NCBI GenBank assembly: GCA_964610235.1
Contig: CAZSVH010000003.1
Span: 1-35,045, forward strand
Source: an uncultured Methanospirillum sp.
GTDB taxonomy: Archaea; Halobacteriota; Methanomicrobia; Methanomicrobiales; Methanospirillaceae
Reading direction: 5' to 3'
DNA length: 35,045 nucleotides
The notes beneath the pieces were generated by a model. It saw nothing but the letters and a program-made list of their open reading frames with translations, did not search any database and had not been told where the DNA came from. Positions 20,371-28,992 of the stretch are shown in pieces. A program made the translations under genes and the position numbers. Numbering within the stretch: the first letter of the stretch is position 1; the number at the start of each line of letters is the position of its first letter.

Positions 20371-20880
20371 ATGAACGGCATGAATCTTCTGCTGGGGATC
20401 GGGAATGATCTCCTCGCCGATGACGGGATCGGATGCTGGGTTGCGGATCGTCTCTCCCACCCTGACTGGGTCTCCTGCGTGGCCGGGACAGTTCCTGAGA
20501 ACTTCACCCGCCGGATCCGGGAGATGAGGCCGGATCTTCTGGTGCTGGTCGATGCTGCACGGATGAACCTGTCCCCCGGCAGCGTGCGGATCATCCCCCC
20601 GGACCGGGTGGCGGATGCCGGCATCGGCACCCACCAGCTCCCGCTTGATGCTCTCTGTGGGATGGTATCCCCATCCTGCGGTGAGATCATCATCATCGGT
20701 ATCGAACCGGGTCTGGTCGGGATCGGGGAGGAGATGACGGATCCCGTCCGGTCCGCCGGCCTTCATCTCACTGCCCTTCTGACCGGCGGGAGGATCCGTG
20801 AGATCCCGGTCTTTGGTGCTGATACCCGGGAAACCCGGGGAGCGGAGGAGAATAATATTGATGTGTCCGGAATGAGATAA
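20371..20880 (+). CDS. hycI: Hydrogenase maturation endopeptidase (HycI-like)
   Basis: LLLGIGNDLLADDGIG, AGTVPEN, LVDAA, THQLPL, IGIEP. Confidence 0.85.
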   Translation: MNGMNLLLGIGNDLLADDGIGCWVADRLSHPDWVSCVAGTVPENFTRRIREMRPDLLVLVDAARMNLSPGSVRIIPPDRVADAGIGTHQLPLDALCGMVSPSCGEIIIIGIEPGLVGIGEEMTDPVRSAGLHLTALLTGGRIREIPVFGADTRETRGAEENNIDVSGMR

Positions 20881-20913
20881 TACTCATCAGTATCGACATG
20901 AGGTGCATCTGCC

Positions 20914-21333
20914 ATGGAGTATGAGAATGAGATCATCGATAGCGCAGACATGGCCGAGCAGGCCCTCTCGCAGGCGGTGGACGATCACATCGAGAACAGC
21001 AAGGAGGTGATCGAGCAGATCGAGGGACTGGAGAAGAAGATACGCTCATGGAACATGGAGGATATCAGGGAACTGAAAGCAATGATCCTCAGAATGCGTG
21101 AACTGCTTAAGAAGCACTTCCAGGTCCAGATTGAGAACTTCATGAGCATGAAGGCGGTTCCTTCCCAGAAGGTGCCGGATGTGCTGAAACAGGCGTACCG
21201 GATCGTCGGGGTGGACATGCGGGGCTATGCCTTATATGGTCCTGAAATGGATAAGATCGCTCATATCAAAAAGATAGCCGAACATTACAAACAACGGCGT
21301 GCCACCCAGTCACCCCCTCCGAAGGATACCTGA
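20914..21333 (+). CDS. Hypothetical protein with acidic coiled-coil N-terminus
   Basis: Clean 139-aa ORF with a GAGGTG RBS, filling the gap. No recognised motif. Confidence 0.75.
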   Translation: MEYENEIIDSADMAEQALSQAVDDHIENSKEVIEQIEGLEKKIRSWNMEDIRELKAMILRMRELLKKHFQVQIENFMSMKAVPSQKVPDVLKQAYRIVGVDMRGYALYGPEMDKIAHIKKIAEHYKQRRATQSPPPKDT

Positions 21334-21336
21334 CCT

Positions 21337-23619
21337 TCACCGGTCCTCTCCCCGTTCTTCACCCCTCTCTTCTCTGCTCAGCTCCTCCAGCAGGATGATC
21401 GTCCCCTCTTTATCCAGCGGCTGGTTGTCATTCCCGCACTTGGGGGAATGGATACATGCCGGACATCCTTCCGTGCACCGGCACCCCTGCACCATCTCCC
21501 GGGTTATCCTGCAGATACCGGGAAAGAGGTCAAATGCACGTTCTGCGAGCCCGACTCCGCCCTCGTATCCGTCATAGATGTAGATGGTGGCCCCCCCGGT
21601 CCGGGGATCGAAGGCGGTTGAGAGGCCACCGAGATCCCACCGGTCACAGAGGACCGAGAACGGAGTCATGGCGATGAGGGCATGTTCAGCCCCGTGAAGG
21701 GCTCCGGGAAGGTCGCAGGGCCGGCTGGTGACCGCTTCGGTGGCACGGGGATGAAAGACGATCCAGATTGCAGAGGTGGTGAACGTCACCGGTGGGAGGG
21801 AGAGCGGTTCCCGTGCGATCGTCGTCTGCCTGATGATCTTCCGATACCCGGTGTACTGTTCTGAAACCCTCACCTCTCCATGGCAGAGGAGAGCACCCGG
21901 GAGTGCGGTGGTCCGGGTGGTCCGTATGATCGTCACGGTGGTCACCTGGTCCGGACGGGTGTAGTACTCAACATCGTCCCTGGACACCGTGATCCGGTGC
22001 CGCTCGTGGTCCCACCGGTCAACCAGGTACTTCTCCCCCTGATGGATGATGACCGCTCCTTCATGGGCTTCCCGGCAGGCCTGCCCGTGATCGACGGTCT
22101 CCAGGACTCTTCCGGTCTCTTCTATCGTCCAGGTCTCCCCGGTTCCGGAGAGGGAGACGAGTTCCACTGCCCGCTTCGTTCCTGAGTACACATACCCTCT
22201 CCCGGTCCGGGTCAGCACGCCTGCCCCGGCAAGTGATGAGAGGAGGGGGTCCAGGTCAGGACCGAACCACCGGCTGTCCCTGACCGGGTCTGCCGGCAGT
22301 TCGGATGCCGCACAGAGGACCTGGCCAGAGAGGATGTACGGGTTGGTGGTGGTGATGATCGCATGCTCATGTGATCTGCCGAAGAATTCGCCCGGATGAT
22401 CCATGAAGAACTGGTCAAGGGGATTTTGAAACCCGATGAGAACGGCAAGGGACGGGGCGGCTCCCCGTCCTGCCCTGCCGGTCTGCTGCCAGGTGGACAT
22501 CATCGTCCCCGGGTAGCCGGTCAGGATCACCGCGTCCAGAGACCCGATATCGATCCCGAGTTCGAGGGCATTGGTGGATACGATTCCTTTCAGCACTCCT
22601 GAGCGGAGCTGCTCTTCGAGTTCCCGGCGTTCCTGCGGGAGATACCCTGCCCGGTATGCCGCGATGGATCCGCCATTTCTCCCCCCCCCGTCCCGGATCC
22701 GGTCCTGTGCCCAGCCGGCGACAACCTCGGTCATCTTCCGTGATCCGGTGAAACAGAGGGTCTGCAGGCCGGTCTCCACCAGGGATGCGAGGAGGGTGGC
22801 ACTCTCGGTGTACACCGAGTGTTCCCCGGGACCGGCATGGTACGGGTTGTAGAGGATGAAGTACCGGGTTCCTGATGGGGCTCCTGATTCACTGATGACC
22901 CGCACGGTCCTCCCGGTGAGTTCCCGGGCAAAGTCTTCAGGGTTTGCGAGGGTGGCTGAGGAGAGGAGGAAGACCGGGTCTGATCCATAGTGGGCAGCGA
23001 TCCTGAGGAGACGGCGGATCACCAGGGCCATGTGACTCCCGAAGACCCCCCGGTACTGGTGTGCCTCGTCGATGATGATGTATCTGAGCCGGGAGAAGAA
23101 GGATGACCACTGGTGATGCCAGGGGAGGATATGGTGGATCTCGTACGGGTTGGTGAGGACCAGGCCGGCATTGCTCCGGATTGCGGGCCGGTCATGACGC
23201 GGGGTGTCCCCGTCATAGATGGCAGGGTTGAGAGGGATTCCCGTCTCCTCCGCGAGTGCACGGGCAGCAGCGAGCTGATCCCGGGTCAGGGCTTTTGCCG
23301 GGTAGATGGCGAGGGCTGTCGCCTCCGGATCATCGGCCCGCATCTTGCAGAACGGGAGGAGAAATGCAAGGGTTTTTCCCGAGGCAGTAGGGGTGCAGAG
23401 GATGACATCCTCACCGGCAGGTACCGCTGCCGCTGCTTCTGCCTGGTGGGAGTAGAGCCGGATCCCGCTCCGCTCCAGGTACCGGATCACCGGGTCAGGG
23501 AGTGAGGAGGGTGGTGATGCGTACACCGCCTCATGCCCGTCGATCCTGCGGATGTGGGAGATATGTTGGGAGAACCGCGGATTCTCTGCGATCAGGTCGA
23601 GAAAATCAGCAACAGTCAT
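21337..23619 (-). CDS. DEAH-box helicase with C-terminal DUF1998 Zn domain (MrfA/YprA/Hrq1-like)
   Basis: LYSHQ, PTASGKT, IDEAHQY, SAT, ALELGIDIG, QQTGRAGR, IYDGYEGGVG, CRCTEGCPAC. Start MTVADF at 23619. Confidence 0.92.
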   Translation of the reverse strand: MTVADFLDLIAENPRFSQHISHIRRIDGHEAVYASPPSSLPDPVIRYLERSGIRLYSHQAEAAAAVPAGEDVILCTPTASGKTLAFLLPFCKMRADDPEATALAIYPAKALTRDQLAAARALAEETGIPLNPAIYDGDTPRHDRPAIRSNAGLVLTNPYEIHHILPWHHQWSSFFSRLRYIIIDEAHQYRGVFGSHMALVIRRLLRIAAHYGSDPVFLLSSATLANPEDFARELTGRTVRVISESGAPSGTRYFILYNPYHAGPGEHSVYTESATLLASLVETGLQTLCFTGSRKMTEVVAGWAQDRIRDGGGRNGGSIAAYRAGYLPQERRELEEQLRSGVLKGIVSTNALELGIDIGSLDAVILTGYPGTMMSTWQQTGRAGRGAAPSLAVLIGFQNPLDQFFMDHPGEFFGRSHEHAIITTTNPYILSGQVLCAASELPADPVRDSRWFGPDLDPLLSSLAGAGVLTRTGRGYVYSGTKRAVELVSLSGTGETWTIEETGRVLETVDHGQACREAHEGAVIIHQGEKYLVDRWDHERHRITVSRDDVEYYTRPDQVTTVTIIRTTRTTALPGALLCHGEVRVSEQYTGYRKIIRQTTIAREPLSLPPVTFTTSAIWIVFHPRATEAVTSRPCDLPGALHGAEHALIAMTPFSVLCDRWDLGGLSTAFDPRTGGATIYIYDGYEGGVGLAERAFDLFPGICRITREMVQGCRCTEGCPACIHSPKCGNDNQPLDKEGTIILLEELSREERGEERGEDR

Positions 23620-24676
23620 GTGCCTTTTTCCGGAGGAGGGTGAGCAGGTGGACGAGGCTGGCGATATCCTGCCGGTTATGCCTGACGATCGGCACCAGCG
23701 GTCCGCAGTTCCCGGTCTGCCGGTACCGGACGTACCACTCAGGAACCAGCATCCCGGGGATATCGGTCTCCCGGCTGATCCGGAGGTACTCCTCCTCGAT
23801 GGATGAGAGGCGGCAGTCGCGGATGGTTCCTCTGAAAAACCTCCGGGCATAATGGAGGAGGTCGATATGGGGGAGGGTGGGAAGGGGTTCCATTCCGTAG
23901 TAGGCATACCGCTCGTTCAGGTACGGCCAGTCGAACCCTCTCCCGTTGTAACTCACCACCGCTGTGGCATCACTCATCAGATCAGCGACCGCGACAAGGG
24001 CCGCTGCTTCTTCGGTGATGTCACGAAGGAGGAACTGGTGGATCTCAAGACCATGATCCGTGGGGCAGCCAACCCCGAAGAGGATGACCGGTCTGCCGAA
24101 TATCCCGAGTGTTTCAAGATCAATACACCTCAGTCCCGCGGGATCAAATCCTTCCGAGGCGATGAGGCCGAGGGGATGGGACGGGCCGAGACGGTTTCTG
24201 ACCAGAGCAGAGGCGCCCGCCGGCCCTGACCTGAGCACCGAGAGGGCATGGTCTGCTCCCTGTTCATACCGGCGGTGATGGATCAGTCCCTGGATGCTCC
24301 GACACCCCCGGGTTTTCAGACCGGCTGAGGCTTTCGGCCCGATTCCCCGGACCAGCCGCAGCTCCCTGAAAAGTGCCGGGTCCGGCGGTGATGGTCCGCA
24401 GAGGCCGGCATCCTCCCTGGTCAGCACCCGGTAGCACCTTCCTTCTTCTGTCAGGATCTCCTCTCCCGGGATGGCATCCGCGAGTGCAGTCCCGTCGTAC
24501 TCCCTGCAGAGATCCCTGAGGAGGGCCTCATACTGATCAAAAGCAGTCTGCCCGATGGCTGACGCCTGCATGCCCATCCTGAAGACATTGTCGTTGGGGA
24601 CGACCACGTAACCGGGTGATGCAGCAATCCGGGACTGCCATCTCTGGCTGACGGTACAAAGGTCTGTTCCCTGCAT
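23606..24676 (-). CDS. YprB/MrfB-like RNase H-like (DEDD) exonuclease with helix-hairpin-helix motif
   Basis: LVRGIGPK (HhH), IDLETLG, SYNGRGFDWPYL, HIDLLH, HNRQD. Confidence 0.88.
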   Translation of the reverse strand: MQGTDLCTVSQRWQSRIAASPGYVVVPNDNVFRMGMQASAIGQTAFDQYEALLRDLCREYDGTALADAIPGEEILTEEGRCYRVLTREDAGLCGPSPPDPALFRELRLVRGIGPKASAGLKTRGCRSIQGLIHHRRYEQGADHALSVLRSGPAGASALVRNRLGPSHPLGLIASEGFDPAGLRCIDLETLGIFGRPVILFGVGCPTDHGLEIHQFLLRDITEEAAALVAVADLMSDATAVVSYNGRGFDWPYLNERYAYYGMEPLPTLPHIDLLHYARRFFRGTIRDCRLSSIEEEYLRISRETDIPGMLVPEWYVRYRQTGNCGPLVPIVRHNRQDIASLVHLLTLLRKKAHDCC

Positions 24677-24751
24677 CTCCCTCGTATCTCATCCTGGTCA
24701 GATATAAAACCGGAAGGGCACGGGGTGAAAGTGTTCCTCTGAACAATGTGG

Positions 24752-25363
24752 TTAGCAGGGAATTTCCTTTTGGATCCCGGTCACTGCACCGGATCCTGCC
24801 CGGGCCGCCTCCTCCAGTACTCCGGGATCCCCCTCAATCCCCCCGCATCTGTCCATATCAGGGGCAAGGATATTCTGGCAGTAGGAGAACCCGAAGATGT
24901 TGAAGAGTGCCCGCATCATCGGAAACGCGGTATCAAAGACATCGCTCCGATCCATCCCGGCAGTGGAGATGAAGTATCCGCGATGGATGGTTCTCCTCCC
25001 CGGGGGGTGGGGATTCGTCGCGAGCTTGAGGTGCCGGACCCAGCGGACATGGGCCCGGTCGATGAACATCTTCAGTTCAGCCGTGATCCCCATCGAGTAG
25101 ATCGGGGATGAGACGACGATGCAGTCTGCTTCGTATATCCGGTCAAATACTTCCCCGATCTCGTCCCTGATGATACACTCGCCGTTTATATGGCAGGCAT
25201 TGCATCCCCGGCAGGGGGAGTACTCAAGGCGGGAGAGGATGATCTTCTCGGTCTCTCCCCCTGCCTCTGCCGCTCCCTCCAAAAACCGGTCCAGGAGTCT
25301 CTCGGTGTTCCCGTGTCTGCGGGGACTCCCGGATATGCCGATGACCTTCACCGGACGGTTCAT
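24752..25363 (-). CDS. Iron-sulfur flavoprotein (Isf / FMN reductase family)
   Basis: GSPRRHGNT, CRGCNAC-x5-C, SSPIY, KMFIDR. Confidence 0.88.
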   Translation of the reverse strand: MNRPVKVIGISGSPRRHGNTERLLDRFLEGAAEAGGETEKIILSRLEYSPCRGCNACHINGECIIRDEIGEVFDRIYEADCIVVSSPIYSMGITAELKMFIDRAHVRWVRHLKLATNPHPPGRRTIHRGYFISTAGMDRSDVFDTAFPMMRALFNIFGFSYCQNILAPDMDRCGGIEGDPGVLEEAARAGSGAVTGIQKEIPC

Positions 25364-25974
25364 GCTCCGAGCCGCTCCCGAAGGGTTTTGAGCATCTCAG
25401 CACTCACCCGTTCTGCCTCCTCCCGTGCGGTCGGATGGGCAAGGATGGCTCCTTTCTCATCAACCTGGTTGATCATCAGGTATGAGATGTCCCGGTTCTT
25501 CACCTCAATCACGTGGAAGAAGCACCTGATGACCGGGAGTGCGGCATCGAAGACATAATCCCAGTCCTGACCGGCCGTTGAGATGAAGAGGCCGAGCCGT
25601 TTTCCTACCCGGTCTTCGGGGACCACCGGGAGTCTGAGGACATACTTCCGGGACCTGAAGACCTGTGCCCGGTCGACGAGGGCCTTCGCCTGGGCGGGGA
25701 TGCTCATACAGTAGATGGGGGCGGCCAGAATGATACAGTCAGCCTCGAGGATCCGGTCATGGAGCTGGTCCATTCCGTCCCGCATGACACACTGGTTCAG
25801 TTTTTCACAGGCATTGCATCCCCGGCAGGGATTGATCCCGGCATCGGTCAGGGTTACCTTCTGCACACTGACCCCGGGCTCTGTCATCAGGGATGCGATG
25901 ACCCAGTCTAAGAGTTGTTCAGAATTCCCGTGCCTGCGGGGGCTGCCGGCGATGGCAAGGACCCTGATGACCAT
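25360..25974 (-). CDS. Iron-sulfur flavoprotein (Isf / FMN reductase family)
   Basis: GSPRRHGNS, CRGCNAC-x5-C, AAPIY, KALVDR. ATGA-coupled to the next paralog. Confidence 0.88.
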   Translation of the reverse strand: MVIRVLAIAGSPRRHGNSEQLLDWVIASLMTEPGVSVQKVTLTDAGINPCRGCNACEKLNQCVMRDGMDQLHDRILEADCIILAAPIYCMSIPAQAKALVDRAQVFRSRKYVLRLPVVPEDRVGKRLGLFISTAGQDWDYVFDAALPVIRCFFHVIEVKNRDISYLMINQVDEKGAILAHPTAREEAERVSAEMLKTLRERLGA

Positions 25975-26014
25975 GAAGGGTATGTTGGTGCTGGTCAGAT
26001 AAAAGAAGAGGGGT

Positions 26015-26671
26015 TCAGATCTGCTTGAAGCAGAGGTAAAAGTCCTTGCATTCGTACCCTTCGGTCATCCGTTTCTCAGCCTCGGCGACGGTTTTGGGTC
26101 CGGGAACCACTACCTTGTCACCCGGCTGCCAGTTGGCAGGCGTGGCGACTCCGGCACTGTCGGTGGTCTGCAGGGCTTTGATCAGCCGGATCATCTCGGG
26201 GATGGATCTGCCGTTCGCCATCGGATAGTACATCATCGCCCTGAGGATCCCCTTGTCATCGATGAAAAAGACCGTTCTGACCGTGGCTGTGTTACTCTGG
26301 TTGGGATGGACCATCCCGTACAGGGTTGCCACCTTCATATCGAGGTCTGCGATGATCGGGAACGGGATGTCGACTCCCATCTTCTCCTTGACATTCCTGA
26401 CCCAGGCAATGTGCGAGTGAACGCTGTCAATAGAGAGGCCGATGAGCTGGGTATTGAGCGCCTTGAACTCATCGTATGCCTGTGAAAAGGCGACGAACTC
26501 GGTGGTGCACACCGGGGTAAAGTCTGCCGGGTGTGAGAAGAGGACAACGTATTTTCCCTGGAGGTCAGAGAGGGTCAGCGGGCCGTGTGTCGTCTCGGCC
26601 TCAAAGTTTGGTGCCGGTGCTCCCAGGATCGGGAGGCTGATGCAGTCACATTCGTAATCGTCTTCCATCAT
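26015..26671 (-). CDS. Peroxiredoxin (Prx6/archaeal type)
   Basis: HPADFTPVCTTE, GLSIDS, TPANWQPGD, C-terminal CxxxxxC. Confidence 0.92.
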   Translation of the reverse strand: MMEDDYECDCISLPILGAPAPNFEAETTHGPLTLSDLQGKYVVLFSHPADFTPVCTTEFVAFSQAYDEFKALNTQLIGLSIDSVHSHIAWVRNVKEKMGVDIPFPIIADLDMKVATLYGMVHPNQSNTATVRTVFFIDDKGILRAMMYYPMANGRSIPEMIRLIKALQTTDSAGVATPANWQPGDKVVVPGPKTVAEAEKRMTEGYECKDFYLCFKQI

Positions 26672-27012
26672 TCTTTCATCACTTCCTCTTCGATAACTTT
26701 CCCGTTCACGTATGCCGGCATTCCGGCGAGGAGGTAGGCGACCCTGAGCGCTTCCTCAACCTCGTCCTTGCTGACACCGAGGCTTTTGGCACCTGCCATC
26801 TGTGCCTTGATCGCATGTTGATCCCTCATGGAGGCAGCAATTGCGATTGCTATCAGTTTTTTTGTCTTCCGCGAGAGAGCCCCGTCATCCCAGATGTACT
26901 GGTCAAGCCTGAGGATCATCTCGTGGATCTCGGGGTCGGTGTCTGCCAGCCGCCTGAAGATCTTCGGGACCTTCCCGATCTTCTTCTCCAGGTCATCCAT
27001 TCCGTCAGACAT
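26668..27012 (-). CDS. Carboxymuconolactone decarboxylase (CMD/AhpD-like) family protein, Cys-free
   Basis: GALSRKTKKLIAIAIA, GVSKDEVEEAL, AGMPA. Confidence 0.82.
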   Translation of the reverse strand: MSDGMDDLEKKIGKVPKIFRRLADTDPEIHEMILRLDQYIWDDGALSRKTKKLIAIAIAASMRDQHAIKAQMAGAKSLGVSKDEVEEALRVAYLLAGMPAYVNGKVIEEEVMKE

Positions 27013-27015
27013 GAC

Positions 27016-27141
27016 TCATCCCTGCAGGACCATCGGTTCGCCGCAGCAGATCAGTTCTCCGCCGCCGACTTCCAGAACCTTCACTACGTTCCCACAGATC
27101 TCACATTCAAAGACCTGTCCTTCTGCTGATACGCTTGCCAT
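27016..27141 (-). CDS. Stand-alone desulforedoxin (Fe-Cys4) protein, 41 aa, not in the ORF track
   Basis: Manual translation [41 protein letters not shown]. CxxC...CC motif. GGAGAAG RBS upstream. Confidence 0.88.
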   Translation of the reverse strand: MASVSAEGQVFECEICGNVVKVLEVGGGELICCGEPMVLQG

Positions 27142-27197
27142 TCTATTCTTCTCCCTGGGTGTTCATCATGCGGTTCATCAGTCCGGAAGAGATCCCC

Positions 27198-27413
27198 TCA
27201 CCGTTTCGGAGGATTCTTCACATCTTCAGGGCTCTTGATATCGTCCCTGATATGGGTAATCGGGAAGCAGTTATACATCTCACAGGCACATGCCGGGCAG
27301 TGGCGGAGATCCTGTTCTGCTTCTGTCATCTCGTATGTTTTTCCGCAGTCTACACAGACATATTTTCCCGGGCCGACTTTCCCACCGGCCTTTACCTGTT
27401 TCGCATCGCTCAT
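27198..27413 (-). CDS. Small zinc-ribbon/rubredoxin-like protein (DUF1451-like ribbon)
   Basis: GKVGPGKYVCVDCG...CPAC. ATG at 27413 follows an AGGTGA RBS. Confidence 0.72.
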   Translation of the reverse strand: MSDAKQVKAGGKVGPGKYVCVDCGKTYEMTEAEQDLRHCPACACEMYNCFPITHIRDDIKSPEDVKNPPKR

Positions 27414-27427
27414 GGTTTTCACCTATC

Positions 27428-27452
27428 TTAAATAACCCCCCTGGTTATTTAA
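27428..27452. promoter_or_regulatory. Perfect 10-bp inverted repeat overlapping the TATA box of the minus-strand redox operon; candidate operator
   Basis: TTAAATAACC-ccc ct (5 nt)-GGTTATTTAA, read directly from the sequence. Confidence 0.6.
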
Positions 27453-27578
27453 TGGTTCGGAACGAGAAATCCGTAGAATTACCGCCATATTCTATTTATA
27501 CTCCAATATTGGTCAGATTCAACGATCGTGCCGGTGGAACCGAAACCTACTTGACCGGGTGTTGATGAATAACTCGGT

Positions 27579-28187
27579 ATGAAACCGCAGATCATCGCGC
27601 TTCTCGGAAGTCCGCTTCCTGAGGGGAATACCGCGAAACTGCTGAATAAAGCGATAGCCGGAGCCGAGGCAGCGGGTGCAGACGTCAGGCTGATCCGTGC
27701 TCCTGATCTGGAGATATCTGCATGCCGTGAGTTCTATTTCTGCCGGGAGAACGAGACCTGCATCATGGAGGACGACTTCACCCCGCTGGTTCCGGCATTT
27801 CGGGAGATGGACAGCCTGATCATCGCCACCCCGGTGATGACCATGGGCGTCCCCGGCCATCTCAAGTCTTTCATGGACCGGTTCCAGGTCTTCTTCTGTG
27901 CGAAGTATATCCGAAAGGACCGTCTGGTTTCGAAGGAGAAGAGACGCATGAGGAGGACCCTCCTCCTCTCGATATCCGGGATGAACCTTCCGAACAATTT
28001 TGACGGGGTAAAACTGACGACCGAGTCCTTTTGTGATGTTATCGACTGCCGGTATGATGACGAACTCTTCATCCGGGATATGGATAACCGGGTGGACCTG
28101 GATCGCTTCCCCGAACTCCTGCAGGCCGCATATGAGAAAGGGTTCCGCCTCGGCGGACTCCTCACCGGCACGTATGCCGGGGCATGA
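27579..28187 (+). CDS. Iron-sulfur flavoprotein family protein with variant Cys motif
   Basis: GSPLPEGNT, CREFYFC-x5-C, ATPV, KSFMDR. Confidence 0.82.
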   Translation: MKPQIIALLGSPLPEGNTAKLLNKAIAGAEAAGADVRLIRAPDLEISACREFYFCRENETCIMEDDFTPLVPAFREMDSLIIATPVMTMGVPGHLKSFMDRFQVFFCAKYIRKDRLVSKEKRRMRRTLLLSISGMNLPNNFDGVKLTTESFCDVIDCRYDDELFIRDMDNRVDLDRFPELLQAAYEKGFRLGGLLTGTYAGA

Positions 28188-28191
28188 GCGG

Positions 28192-28869
28192 TCAGAGGTA
28201 CCCTGATTCCCGCAGTGATACGATCCCTTTCTTCGAGATGATCACGTGGTCTATGACCGGTATCCCCAGGATCTCCCCGGCCTCTGCCAGCTGCCGGGTG
28301 ACCTGGATGTCCTGGCTGCTCGGTTCGAGGTTTCCCGACGGGTGGTTGTGGGCACAGATGACGGCTGCTGCACGGTCAGCGATAGCATCGGCGAAGACCT
28401 CACGCGGGTGTACGAGGCTGTGATTGACCAGACCCTTGGTGACGGTCCGTGCATGGATGACCTCTGAGGCTCCGTTCAGGGTGATGACCAGGAAATGTTC
28501 CTGAAGCCGGGTCCTGAGTGCGGCAGCCTCCGGAACAGCCAGGAGATCAGCAGGGGCGGTGATCCGGATCACCGGTTCCTCTTCCGGCTTTGCGTATCTG
28601 CGCCCGATCTCAAAACAGGCCAGGAGAATACAGGCTTTTGACTGGCCGATCCCGTTGATTGCCATCAGCTGTTCACCGGTGGGCCGGCTCTCCCGGCTGA
28701 GCAGGGATGCCACCTCCCGGGAGATATCCATGATATCCCGGCCCGGTATCCCGTTGCCCAGGATAGCGGCGATCAGCTCCTGGTCTGTGAGGGCGATCGC
28801 TCCCCGCTCCTCGATCTTCTCCCGAGGGCGGTCCGGTGGTGAGATATCCCGCATTCTTTTCCGTGCCAT
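28192..28869 (-). CDS. radC: RadC / UPF0758 JAB-domain protein
   Basis: RPREK...LTDQELIA, HhH GIGQSKA, VHPREVF, HNHPSG..EPS.QD, IDHVII. Confidence 0.93.
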   Translation of the reverse strand: MARKRMRDISPPDRPREKIEERGAIALTDQELIAAILGNGIPGRDIMDISREVASLLSRESRPTGEQLMAINGIGQSKACILLACFEIGRRYAKPEEEPVIRITAPADLLAVPEAAALRTRLQEHFLVITLNGASEVIHARTVTKGLVNHSLVHPREVFADAIADRAAAVICAHNHPSGNLEPSSQDIQVTRQLAEAGEILGIPVIDHVIISKKGIVSLRESGYL

Positions 28870-28992
28870 GCCTTCCCCATGATCTCCGCTCCTGCTCTCC
28901 GGGTCTCATCTCACTGTCGGCGTACAGGATCGTTCATTCTCCTGAATGTGTGATCAGAACTGATTTAAGGCCACCTGCAGAAGATGATCCAA

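Noticed and set aside
23620-23907. N-terminal extension of the helicase ORF (856 aa)
   Set aside because: It overlaps the YprB-like gene. The start at 23619 gives a typical length and coupled junction.
27453-27480. Possible MsvR-type TTCG...CGAA operator
   Set aside because: Only a half-site (TTCG) is present, with no properly spaced CGAA.
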